Shown piece after piece: positions 27,258-40,324 of a stretch of 64,000 bases of DNA (position 1 is the stretch's first letter; the number at the start of each line of letters is the position of its first letter). The position numbers were made by a program, and so were the translations under genes. The DNA is from Eledone cirrhosa (lineage: Eukaryota). The notes beneath the pieces were generated by a model, which saw only the letters and a list, made by a program, of their open reading frames with translations, had not been told where the DNA came from and searched no databases. Location: positions 25,110,001-25,174,000 of the forward strand of contig OZ024759.1 in the NCBI GenBank assembly GCA_964016885.1, in the 5' to 3' direction.

Positions 27258-28504
27258 TGGAATATAACAAAGGAATATGTAAAAAACCATGGGTCCGAAA
27301 AATCAGAGACAGAGACAAAGAGGACGACTGACCAACTAGCTTCTTGGCCAGCCGCCCTCAAAGTGTTGGCAACTGGATCTACTAATGAATATCCGGTGAG
27401 GGGACAAAGGCTTATAATACACTACCACAACTCCGTCAAAGAAGAAGAGGAAGAAAGAAAGAAAGGGAGAAAGAAGTGTAGTGTAAGGGTCATACTACAT
27501 TCATGCTAGAAAATGCCGCGAAAAAATGCTATGCCAAAGAATCTATAATGGGTGTCTGTGTGGTCTAATGTGTGAACCGAAGATTGGAACGTTAAACTTA
27601 TGTTGCGAGTTATAGGATGAAATTAAATTAAATTAAAAATATTAAATTGCAAAATGATAAATTGAAAAATAAAGGTAGCGAGATTTATTTATTTAATGAA
27701 CTTACGGAGAGAATCTTATATGAAAAAATTTATCTCGATAAGATATTAGGATGGGATATAAAGTAAAGATTTCGATTGGGAGTCCCAGCTAGCACACCCC
27801 CACCATGAGTCAGCCAGTTTCGAGTGCTATCGTCCAGTGAAAGAAATAGAAATTAATTTTTCCGAGTACTCTAGGAACGTAGCTACCTTAGGCCCCGGGA
27901 GCACTAGCGGGAACTCCACAATTTCGACAGGCCATCGTCTATACCAAGCGAATACTATTAAATCACACATGAGGGGTTTATTTACGTGCCAGTAGAGGCA
28001 TGATACAGCTAATTGTTATGCCTAAACCTGGAGTTTGTAGGTACAAGTATAATGTGGCGGCCAAAACAGGCGGCACGGTGGGCCCGGGGCAAAGCAAACC
28101 GCTCCGAGTAATTTCGTTTACCGAAAGAGGAGAAATTTATTTTTCCGAGCACTCAAGGAAGGCTGAACTTTCCGAGTGCCCAGCGCGCAACCGGGAAAAG
28201 CTACCACACAAGTCAAAGGTAGCAACCCAATGAAAAGTGCAAATAGAGCAAAATTATTTTAAAGTCCCAGTTAGTCCAGGTTTTAAGTAGTGTGGTTCTT
28301 AGGTGGGTAGGGGGCTATGAAAGGTGCATAATGACCTGAGTAAGGAAAAGTTACAAAAAATAATAAAAGTAGCATACAAAGATAAAATACCAATATAAAG
28401 ATAGAATACATTGATAAAAATACATTAATAAAATAATAAAAAATAATAAAAAATAATAAAATAATAAAATAATAAAAAATATACATTAATGAGATAATAA
28501 AAAA

Positions 28505-28900
28505 ATTAATTGTTTCTACATTTGGCACAAGGCCAGCAATTTTCCAGTACATTACTGGTACTTTATTTTATCGACCCCGTAAGGATGAAAGGCAAAGTTA
28601 ACCTCGGTGGGATTTGAACTCAGTCTGTAAAGGGACGTAACTATGCTAGAAAGCATGGCGTCCGACCCTCTACCCATACTGCCAATCCACCACCCTTGGA
28701 TAATAAAAAAATTAATTGTTTCTACTTTAGGCACAAGGCCAGCAATTACCCAGTGCATTACTGGTACTTTATTTTATCGACCCCGTAAGGATGAAAGGCA
28801 AAGTCAACCTCGGCGAGATTTGAACTCAGATCGTAAAGGGACGTAACTATGCTGGAGAGCATGGCATCCGACCCTCTACCGATACTGCCAATCCATCGCC
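28505..28900 (-). mobile_element. Two tandem full-length SINE A copies
   Basis: Two complete head-to-tail copies, each followed on the + strand by ggataataaaaaaattaat. Confidence 0.85.
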
Positions 28901-29022
28901 GGATAATAAAAAAATTAATAAAGGTAAATAAGAATCAATATAGATCAAGTTGTAGTAAGATAATACAAGTTGTACATGTAGATATGTATATATATATACA
29001 TATATATATATATATACATACA

Positions 29023-29064
<42 letters not shown>

Positions 29065-29078
29065 TACATACATACATT

Positions 29079-29148
29079 GGGTGTCCCCAAAAATGTATAC
29101 ACACTTCAATAGTATTCAAGTATGTGTATACATTTTGGGGGGGCACTC
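29079..29148. mobile_element. ~70-bp hairpin Tc1/mariner-type MITE
   Basis: gggtgtccccaaaaatgtatacacactt / aagtatgtgtatacattttggggggcac; homologous copy at 59162-59238. Confidence 0.6.
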
Positions 29149-29327
29149 TTTATCTCTCTCTCTCTATATATATATCATCATCATCATTTTACGATGATGA
29201 TATATATATACACACACACATATATATATATAGTGTCTGTAAGTTCCTGAGTGGTGTTGGGGGGGGGGGGGGGGGGTAACCACAGATAAAAAAGGTAGAT
29301 ACGTTGGTAGAACATGGACATCTTTAT

Positions 29328-29358
<31 letters not shown>

Positions 29359-29387
29359 TTAATATTTATCACACATTAATGCTTTTT

Positions 29388-29885
29388 GACTGGATACTTT
29401 TGGTTGTGTCACCAGCACAACCACCTTAGAGTGTGAACTGGGTGCTTTTTATTGGGTCACCAACACAACCACCTCAGAGTGTGGACTGGATGATTTTTAT
29501 TGGGTCACCAACACAACCACCTCAGAGTGTGGACTGGATGCTTTTTTGTCATGTCACCAACACAACCACTTTATGATGTGGATGGGTACTTTTTCTCATG
29601 TCACCAATGCAACCACCTTACAGTGTGGACTGAGTGCTTTTTTTTTCATGCCACCAACACAACCACATTATAGTGTGGACTGAGTGCTTATTCACATGTC
29701 ACCAATACAACCACCTTACGATGTGGACTGGGTACTTTTTCTCGTGTCACAAACACAACCACCTCAGGGTGTGGACTGGGTGCTTTTTCTTGTGTCACTA
29801 ACACAACTACTTTACAGTGTGGACTGGGTACTTTTTCTCAGGTCACCAACACAACCATTGTATAGGATGGATTGAGTGCTTTTTA
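29388..29885. repeat. ~48-50-bp minisatellite derived from the RTE/SINE-B 3' module
   Basis: Unit gtggactgggtgcttttt..gtcaccaacacaaccaccttacagt is the reverse complement of the module tandemly present in the RTE 3' UTR. Confidence 0.75.
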
Positions 29886-30019
29886 ATGTTGTGTCACTGG
29901 ATCACCATACAAGGTGGATTTATTTGGAATGGAATTAATGCATTTGAAATGGAAAGGGTAAAACATCCTTGGGAAATTTTTCACTGTCATTATATATGTT
30001 TGACTAACCACTAAATCAA

Positions 30020-31140
30020 TTCCTCCATTCCACCTGCTTGTATTTGTGATTGTATTCTTTCAGTCATTACCCAAGATTTATGACCATAAGGAAGGGTTGG
30101 CATGAACACTGAATTGAAGATAAAGAGTTTGGCTTTTACACCTACCTCCCTTCTTCTGATGACCAATTGCTGAAGCTGGCAATTCTTACATTTAATTCAA
30201 TCTTCTGCTTTCCATCACTCATGAAAACGGGCCCTGAGATACTTGAAGTTCTCCACCAGCATCAGTGGCACTCCACTCACATGTAAAGTGCACTGTGCAG
30301 GCTTCCTTGAGAGGATGAGTGTCTCAGTTTTCACAGCACTTATTCCTGCCAATTGATCCTCCACATGCTGATTTTGATATCACTTCCAACCTGGCAGCAT
30401 ATACCAATCCTGGTCATGAATATTATGAACAGGGAATCTAACAGTACACACCCTTAACCCTTTAGCATTTACATTACTCTATATTTACTATTATATTTTC
30501 ATGGCAAAGGCTTTACCTCACATAATTATTTCACATAATATCGAATCTATGAGATTTTGAGAACAATACTTTAGCATCAGCATGAGTGGCCGGTTACAGC
30601 CAGTTTGAACAGAAAGAGGTGAGAGAATTCTGGCTGGATTTGGCCTGCTTAAATGTGAAAGGGTTAACAAAGTCTGACACCCAAAATTAAATGATTTCAA
30701 CTTAGCACTATTTATCTGAATACATATATTAAGGTATTCATATAGGGACTTCAAGGTAACATGAAGCTGTCAGTCAATCCTATATTCATGCAGAACTTTT
30801 TGAAGGGTCTTCGGAGTAACATTACTCAATCAGGTAGAGCCGTTACTTCTCTGAATTGAAAAATCACAGCTCCGATACTATGGACATGTGATGAGAATAT
30901 TTTAGTAAAGAATTGTTGGGTGAATTTTATGAGCAAAGCCAATGAGCAGGAGACCCAGAGGTAGACACTGAACAAGATTGTTGGATAACATCCATAAGCT
31001 TGGTTGGTCTGGATGGGGATCCAGCCAGATCAATTGTAGATGGTTGCTTCTGACAGGATTCGCTGGATGAAGTGTTTAAAGACTTTGTCCCCCATGATCC
31101 TCTCAGGAAGAAGAAGCAGAAACTGACGACAGAAGAATTT
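30020..31140. mobile_element. Old RTE family 2 copy with inverted 5' part (30020-30796 minus, 30797-31140 plus)
   Basis: Minus piece: KSLYE...GCVL..LFIIFM..., KTETLILSRKP...VENFKYL, YGHKSWVMTERIQSQIQAGGME; plus piece continues ..RVFGVTLL..QVEPLLL.IEKSQLRYYGHV. Confidence 0.75.
30458..30663. mobile_element. piggyBac-type MITE inserted in the RTE RT motif B
   Basis: TTAA flanks at 30454-30457 and 30664-30667; TIRs ccctttagcattta / taaatgtgaaaggg. Confidence 0.8.
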
Positions 31141-32458
31141 GTACATTAGTGGTTCCTGTTGACAGCCAAGTTGACTGAGCTGATAAGATTTAAGTATATT
31201 TGGCCCTAAAGAACACACGAGTTGATAGTGACACACCCCACCAAAAAAAGCCATAGAAGAAAAAAAGACTAAATTATTTTCACACAAAACTATTTTATGT
31301 TTTGTCATTCTAATATCTTGGAAGCTGTGAGTGATAATGGGGGGGAAAAAAATATTTTGTCTGTATTTTTCACACAGTTGCAGGCTTAATTTCGTTCTTC
31401 GTATTGATCTGGTATACAGCTGTATGTAAGTACGAAACTGACCAATCAGAAGAGATCAATAATAGACCATGAAACTGGGTGTATAATACCTGCTAACATA
31501 CAATCAACAGTTTCCTTGTAAGAATCAATACATTTGTTAACTGTACTTCATTGTCTTGGCTTCAGGATATAAGCATGTATGTATGTTATGTACATGTATG
31601 TATGTATGTGCATATGTATGCATGTGTGTATGTGTGTATATGTGTATGTGTGTGTGCATGTGTGTATGTATATATACATATACATACATATATATATGTA
31701 CATACACACTGATACATACATGCATATATCATCATCATTATCATCATCATCGTTTAATGTCTATCTTTCATGCTAACATGGGTTTAGACGGGATATATAT
31801 ATATATATATATATATATAGCCATGCTAACGTGGAAAATAGATGTTAAACGATGATGATGATGATAATGATGATATATATATATACATAGTATATAGTAT
31901 ATTTTTGAATTTGTTTTTCATCTTATGAAATCCTGTGAATGTAACAGATATTCTTTGGTTGGGTCATGTTGCCAATAAAAACACATGCACCAGTTAATAT
32001 TTCACTTCAGTTTTATTATTAGTTAGGTAACTAAGATAGTGGATTGGCAGTAGAATCAGTAGAGCATCGGAAAAACATGATTTGTGCTATATAGTTATTT
32101 ATGTATGTGTATATGTATATATAGATTTATGTTTATATAACGTATTTATGTAAATATGTATATGCATACATCATCATCATCATCATCATTTTACGTCCGC
32201 TTTTCCCTGCTTGCAAGGGTGGGACGGGTCTTATTCAGCACAGCATCTCTCCACTCGTCATCTCCACCGTGACATTATATATATACTGTAAATGAGGTTG
32301 GTGTTAGGAAGGGCATCCAGCTGTAGAAATCAAGCCAGAATCAGTTCCCGTCCCACCCTTGCAAGCAGGGAAAAGCGGACGTAAAATGAAATGATGATGA
32401 TGATGATGAAATATAAACACACATACAAACATATACGTACACATACATATACATATAC

Positions 32459-32502
<44 letters not shown>

Positions 32503-32545
32503 ATATACATATACATACATATATATACATCATCATCATCATTTA

Positions 32546-32592
<47 letters not shown>

Positions 32593-32788
32593 CATATACA
32601 TATATTTATATATATATATGAAAAATTTGGGACCCCGACAGGTGAACTCCAGCCGAAATGTTCAGATCTAGCTGTTGAAACAGGTGGAGCTCAGCCGTCA
32701 AGGTCCTGAATTGTTCATATTACCCACTCTACCACCCCAAGTATCAAGTACTTTGGTGAGTAATGGTCTAACTGGTTTTTATTGCCTC

Positions 32789-32832
<44 letters not shown>

Positions 32833-32934
32833 TCTATTGTGTGTTTAGTGCTAGTCTTTTATAACTTCCATATATATGTACATACATATATATTTAGAGA
32901 TATATATACATATATACATACATCATCACCACTG

Positions 32935-33001
<67 letters not shown>

Positions 33002-33553
33002 CTCCATTGTGTATTTAATGGTAGTCTCCTATAACTTCCATACAATCCAGCATGACATGCAGTGTTGTAGAATCTGCTGTGAAACTGTTCCGCTGTGTTT
33101 TATATTAAAATGTCAGAGTTGGAAATAAATCACCAATAAATTTGGTTTGGCAATATCGCATCCCAGCTTTATCTTCCAAATAGTGCCAGATGGAAGGATT
33201 ATGGAATGTTCCACACACATATGTGTGCATGTGTAGTATATATACATATAAAATAAAATGTTGTAGTTTGCTTGAAGCATTGTATATAATATATAACATT
33301 GAAAGAGATAGAAGGCTGAACAATGCAAAATGGACTGTAAGATGAGGTGACAAAAAGTAAAAGTTAACTGGTAAATTTTGTTTTGTTTTGTTGTTCTTTT
33401 TTCTGTCCTATATTCCGGGACATAAAAGTTCCTTCATCAGAAACCTTCAGTGGATAATGTTCCTTTAAGGAACCTTTAAGGAACCTTCAGTGGATAATGT
33501 TCAAATCTCCTCTCTTTGGGATATATATATATATATATATATATCATGTTTAA

Positions 33554-33774
33554 CCCTTTAGCATTTAAACCAGCCGTAACCAGCCAGAATTCTCTAACCT
33601 TTTTCTGTTGAAACCAGTTGTACCTGGCCGCTCATACTGACGTTAAGGTATTGTTTTCAAAATAAATAACATCAAAATTTCATAGATTCAATATTATTTG
33701 AGATAATTATGTAAGATAAAGCCGTTACTGAAAAAATACAATAGCAAATATAGAGTAATATAAATGCTAAAGGG
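33554..33774. mobile_element. piggyBac-type MITE, second copy in opposite orientation
   Basis: ttaa|ccctttagcattta ... taaatgctaaaggg|taa; internal ccagccagaattctct and ggccgctcat match the reverse complement of 30458-30663. Confidence 0.8.
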
Positions 33775-34356
33775 TAATGGCTTCTACAGGACTAGAACTA
33801 TTTCATTCGAAATAAATCACCAGGAAAGCTTATCTGATGATTTGTTTTGAATGAAACATCTGTAAGGTTGTAACTGGGTATCACTGGCTATTATCCACAG
33901 AAATGCTTTTGCTGTCTTGTCTGCAGGATACAACCCTGACACCGCCACACCCAAGGCCCAGAGCCCGTCACCCTCTCATTCTTCCACCCCCACACCCCTC
34001 ATTCTTCTGTGACCTTTGAGCCCTTGTCATTCCCTTCATTATCCTTTTTTTAAATATCTGTAGTATTGTTGTTATTTGAAATAGATTTGTTTATGATTTT
34101 TTTATATTGTTACTAATAAATGATATTGGTTTAGTAGTTAAATTGATATAGTTTAAATAACCAAAAAGAATTTCAACATGATATTTCAAGCCCTTTTTTT
34201 GAAATGTAGGACCAAAATGGTTCAAAACAAAATGAACAATCAATGTGTTCTTTGAAATACAATGGCTAAAACAATACTTTATTTTATTTTATTTGTCATC
34301 CTTTGGCCTTTGTATATTTCGACCACATTCTACTGGCTTTCTGAAACTTATCAGTC

Positions 34357-34394
<38 letters not shown>

Positions 34395-34395
34395 C

Positions 34396-34429
<34 letters not shown>

Positions 34430-34659
34430 GTTGTGTATAGTGGTAGCTATGGTGCTTCCATAGGCGGTATGCCAAAATTAGCACTCGATATTCATCAGAG
34501 TAGAGTGTAGATATTATAAAGAAAACGAAAAATCAGTGATGCATCTGGACTTAGTTTATTTCGTGTTACAAATGTTTCGCCGGCATGTAGCTCGAGTCAT
34601 GGTCCTTGTATGGATCTGGCTGATTCTACTTCTGTGGGTTCTTTTAGACACGGGTAATG

Positions 34660-35185
<526 letters not shown>

Positions 35186-36178
35186 ATTAAAATAACAGAT
35201 TCAAGTTTAAGCAAAGAATCGCTGCTTTCACCCTTAACAGGAATATTTGCTCTACGGTTCTTATATATTTGATATATATTTATCCTTATCGAGCCATCTT
35301 TGGATTTTAGTCTTCAAATTTATTATTATTACTATATATATATATTATATATTTATTATCCTTATCAAGCCCTCTTCGGATTTTAATCTTCACATTTATT
35401 ATTATTACTATATATATATGTGTGTGTGTATATCAGTATATCATCATCATCATTTAGCGTCTATCTTCCACGCTAGCATAGGTTTAGACAGGAAGTGTCC
35501 TACTTGAGGCAAGATTGGTCAGGTGACCGTGTCTTGCTCGTATATGACTGTCTGGCAGGCTTTCTACGGCTGGATGCCCTTCCTAACACCAACCACATTT
35601 ACAGTGTGAACTGGGAGGTTTTTACCGTGTTACCTACACAGCCACATTACAGCGTGGCTTATTCACGTGACATTCAACAACCGACCAAATCTTAATGCCT
35701 CCCAAGCCACCTTTTTCACATAAAACAGGAAGAATTTCCCAAACTGGTCAGATTAGAGCAAAAATCACAAGCACTCTATCTCAAAATTATTTTTGAAAAG
35801 CATAAGAAATGCACAACCGGTAAAAACTTAAAACTAAAACTGAATACTAACTAATACTTATTACTAATTTATACTTATTCCTAATTAAACTATTTTTCAC
35901 TGGGAAAAATTTGTCAGCATTTTCTTTTCCTTTTTACTAATATATTACAACTCGTGTGTCACACCTCTATTTTTTTTTTATATATATATATATATAGATA
36001 TAGATGTATATGTATATATATTTTTCATTTATTAACATTTTGAATAATATTAAATACTGCAGGAAAATCCCTTGTTGAGTGGTTCTAATCTATTGTAAAA
36101 TTGTATTTGTTGATTAATCAACGAACTATATTAATCTTTGGTATATATATATATACCAAAGATTAATATGGTTCGTTG

Positions 36179-36224
<46 letters not shown>

Positions 36225-36266
36225 AAAGATTAATATGGTTCGTTGATTAATATATATATATATATA

Positions 36267-36599
36267 TCATCATCATCATCATTTTAATTTTACGTCCGCT
36301 TTTCCCTGCTTGCAAGGGAGGCACAGGAACTGATTCTGGCTCGATTTCTACAGCTGGATTCCCTTCCTAACACCAACCTCATTTACAGTGCTTTTTTTCC
36401 GTGGCGCCTACACGTCCACTTTACAGTGGAATGATAGGGACCACAGTCCCTATCATCTCATTTCTACAGCTGAGTAAACTGGAGCAATGTGAAATAAAGT
36501 GTCTTGCTCAAGGAAACAACACATTACCCGGTCTGAGAATTGAACTCACAACCTTTCGATTGCAAGGCCAATGCTCTAACCACTAAGCCATGTGCCTCC
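36267..36599 (-). mobile_element. SINE family B, full length
   Basis: Minus strand ggaggcacatggcttagtggttagagc head to (GAT)n tail. Confidence 0.85.
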
Positions 36600-37599
36600 A
36601 TATTTAAGTGCACACACACACACACACACACAGAGAGAAACATTTGCAGGATGGTATGTTCCATTGTTGGTGAAAATTGCCAAATTCAGGAGCAACCAAG
36701 CAGAAAAGAAAATGTCTCTGAGTACATGTCAAACCAGGTTAAGAACGGTAATACATGGTTGTAGGGTGGTGGTAGTGTGGTGGTACTGGTGGTTGTAGTG
36801 GTACTGGTGGCAGGGTGGTGGTAGTAGGGTGGTTGTAGTGGTACTGGTGGTAAGGTGGTAATGATGGTGGTAGGGTGGTGGTAGTGATGGTGGTAGGGTG
36901 GTGGTAGTAGGGTGGCAGGGTGGTGGTGGTGTTGGTAGGGTGACAGGGTGGTGGTGGTACTGGTGGTGGTATGGTGGCAGTGATGGTGGTAGGGTGACAG
37001 TAGTGGTGGTAGTAGGGTGACAGGGTGGTGGTGGTAGTGGTGGTACTAGTGTGGTAGTGGTGGTGGTAGTGGTGGTACTAGTGTGGTAGTGGTGGTAGGG
37101 TGATGGTGGGGTAGAGGTAGTACTGGTGGTAGTTGGATGGCAGGGTGGCAGTGGTATGGTGATAGTGGTGGTACTGGTGGTGACAGTGATAGGGTGGTAC
37201 TGGTGCTAGTAAGGTGGCAGGGTGGTGGCAGGGTGTTAGCGATGGTGGTGGTGGTGTTGTTGTTGTTGTTGGTGGTGGTGGTGTTGATGGTGGTGGTGGT
37301 GGTGGCACTGTTGTTGTTGGTGTCGATAGTGGTGGTGGTGGTGTTGTTGTTGGTGGTGGTGGTGCTGGTGTTGGTGGTGCTGGTGGCACTGTTTTTGTTT
37401 TTGTGGTGGTAGGATGATGTTAGTGGTGTTGGTGATGGTGTTGATGGTGGTGGTGTTGTTGGTGGTTGTTATTGAGGAAATGAAAATGTAGTTACGAAGT
37501 CCACTTTACAAATGTGTTGTGATTCTCTGTTTTACTTCACTCTGACGTATATTGATCAAGTGTTTTTTTTCTATAGAACCAGCCAACCATTGCCTTCTA

Positions 37600-37980
37600 A
37601 GTGGATTATAAAAACAGTTTTTTGTCATAGAACTTGAAGTGTTTGGAACCTAACTTAACAAAGGTTCTTACTTAAAATTATGGTGAAAAGATTTTAGATA
37701 AATATTAACACTTTATAAAAACAAACAGTTTTGTATCAAAGAACCCAAAGTGTTCGGAAAATAACTTAACAAAGGTTCTTATATACAATTATGATGGAAT
37801 GTTTTTACATAGATATAAACACGTTAAAACAAACAGTTTTGTAGCATAGAACTAGGGGTGTTTGGAACCTAACTTAACAAAGGTTCTTACATAAAACTAT
37901 GAGGGAAGGTTTTTAAATTGATATAAACACAAAAGTTTCTTCATAAAATTATGATGGTTTTTAGATAAATATTTAACACT
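37600..37980. repeat. Degenerate ~110-bp tandem repeat (3 units plus a partial)
   Basis: aacttaacaaaggttctta recurs at ~37652, ~37762 and ~37871. Confidence 0.75.
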
Positions 37981-38937
37981 TTCATTACTATATTTCTAGT
38001 TATGAAAATAATCAAGAATTTAAAGTAATATAACTAACATATTCTATCTGGTGTTTGGAACACAAGTACCAGTTAAGTACTGGGGTTGATAAGATAAAGT
38101 ACCAGTCATGTATTGAAGGTTGATATAACAGCTTCTTTGCCCTCCTCTCAGCCTCCTCACCCCAAATTGCTGGCCTTGTGCCAATGTTAGAAAGAATTTT
38201 ATATAACAATTCTTCAAAAAGAAAAGACAAGGATGGGTGCATGCATTGCCCTTTACTTCAGAATACGCTGACCTTTTCAAAACCTGCTTTATAAAAATAT
38301 CACAGCACACCTGGGGATCATATGTAGCAGATATATATATTTATGTGTGTGCATTGTGGTACTTTGGTATGGAAACATCTGCTTTAGAGCATGAATATAT
38401 ATAAACTAGTGGTGGTGGTAGTGGGTGGGTGGTGGTGAATGTAGTATAATGTAGTATGATGTAGTATGATGTAGGATTATGTCTGTGTACAGTAGAATGG
38501 TTGCTGTGTGCAACATGAATATAACATGAAAGATGTTATATGCATTCTGATTTTCCAGCCTAGAAAATACCATAGGCAATAAAATCTTAATATCATAGGT
38601 TTAGAATATATTCCCAGCTGATAAAGAGAATTATTTCTGGTATTATTTTCAAGAGGGTAATATACTAATGGCTACTGATGGTGGATTTCTTATTTCTTAT
38701 TTCATATATTTCATATTTATCCGATATTTCATCTTCATCATCATCATCATTGAACTTCTATCTTCCACACTAGCATGGGTTAAACGGGTTTGTTCCCATT
38801 TGAGGCAAGTTGGGTCGGGTGACCATGTCTCGCTCGTATAGGACTGTTTCTGGCTGGTTTTCTATGGCTGGATACCCTTCCTAATGCCAACCACATTTAC
38901 AGTGTGCGCTGGGTCCTTTTTGCTGTGTCTTCTACAC

Positions 38938-39126
38938 CAGGCATGTTAAACATGCGGCCCTTTACAAAACCCACCTGCAACCCGCACAAAGGTTTTTACA
39001 GTGCGAGCATAATATAAAATAAAAAGTATTAGTCATAATGTGTGCAATTAGTTGTCATGTGTGGCCCTCAGACAGCACATATATCACCCATGTGACCCTT
39101 GAGAGACCCTCAATTTGACATGCCTG
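38938..39126. mobile_element. 189-bp hAT (Charlie-type) MITE inserted in an RTE-UTR/SINE fragment (38735-39200, minus)
   Basis: TIRs caggcatgttaaa / tttgacatgcctg; 8-bp TSD TTCTACAC at 38930-38937 and 39127-39134; subterminal gcggccc/gtggccc. Confidence 0.85.
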
Positions 39127-39401
39127 TTCTACACAACCACTTTACAGCATGGACTGGGTGCTTTTTGTTATGACACCTACACAACCACTTTACAGTGGCG
39201 ATTGACGAGATGAGACAAAGATGAAGAAGAAACAATGATATGAGAGAGTGAGAGAGAGAGAGAGAGAAATATCTAAAAAATGATCTCCTATTCTGAGGAT
39301 AGATGAGGTTAGAACTATATATTAGTAAATCACAGAAGAAAAGAAATATTTCAAGACAGAGAGGAGAGAAAAAAAGAAAAAGAGAATTAGGAGTCAGTTT
39401 A

Positions 39402-39650
39402 AATGTCACATCTGTAACTCAGAACATTACATCTGTAACACAGAATGTCACATCTGTAACACAGAACATTACATCTGTAACACAGAATGTCACATCTGTA
39501 ACACAGAACATCACATCTGTAACATAGGACATTACATCTGTAACACAGAACATTACATCTGTAACATAGAACATCACATCTGTAACGCAGAATGTCACAT
39601 CTGTAACAGAGGACATTACATCTGTAATATAAAACATTACATCTGTAACA
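39402..39650. repeat. 21-bp minisatellite ACATCTGTAACACAGAA(CATT/TGTC)
   Basis: Tandem units giving the ITSVTQN/VTSVTQN peptide repeat. Confidence 0.9.
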
Positions 39651-39890
39651 CCAGACAACAGTATCACACAATGTCACATTAGTAACACACATGATGTCAC
39701 AACAGTAACACACACAATGTCACAATAGAGCCTGTAATAACAAAACCAACATTAATTTCTTCACAAGTCGTGAGAGACGAAAAATTTGAGTAAAGTGAAC
39801 ATTGGTGCATAAAAAGAGAATTGTAATTTCTGTCAAGTGGAAATCTTACATAATATCTCTCAAAGAAAGGAGAGAGAGAGAGAGAAGGCA

Positions 39891-40010
39891 AAGAAGAAGA
39901 AGAAGAAGAAGAAGAAGAAGAAGAAGAAGAAGAAGAAGAAGAAGAAGAAGAAGAAGAAGAAGAAGAAGAAGAAGAAGAAGAAGAAGAAGAAGAAGAAGAA
40001 GAGCAACAAC

Positions 40011-40055
<45 letters not shown>

Positions 40056-40075
40056 GACAATAATGACAATAATAA
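39891..40075. repeat. Pure (GAA)n of ~110 bp followed by (CAA)n(TAA)n
   Basis: Directly visible. Confidence 0.95.
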
Positions 40076-40324
40076 TGATAATATTTTTTTATATAAAATA
40101 AAAAATTGTATTTTATTGAAGCAATAAACGTTATTGTACATCTATAAACACTTGAAATGTTATCCCTGTTATTTTAGATGAAAAAAAAAACTATGATTTT
40201 ATTATTTCTAGCTACAATAATTGCTAAAACATCTCATTTCTATTTGTTATTTTAAGTGACAAGCAACACATTAATAAAATATCACCGTTGAATTTGCATA
40301 TTTTTGTTATTACATTATTGTTGA

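Noticed and set aside
32625-32795. Dispersed repeat (also at 20400-20545) with a CGAAA-like end as a possible hammerhead
   Set aside because: No recognisable CUGAnGA box in either copy
33400-33445. Further hammerhead-like motif (minus strand CTGATGAAGGA...TCCCGGAATATA)
   Set aside because: The GAAA box is altered and stems I and III cannot be formed; at most a decayed relative
33927-34012. Possible + strand terminal exon GYNPDTATPKAQSPSPSHSSTPTPLILL*
   Set aside because: Only an acceptor-like site and a low-complexity peptide; no homology or partner exons that I can support
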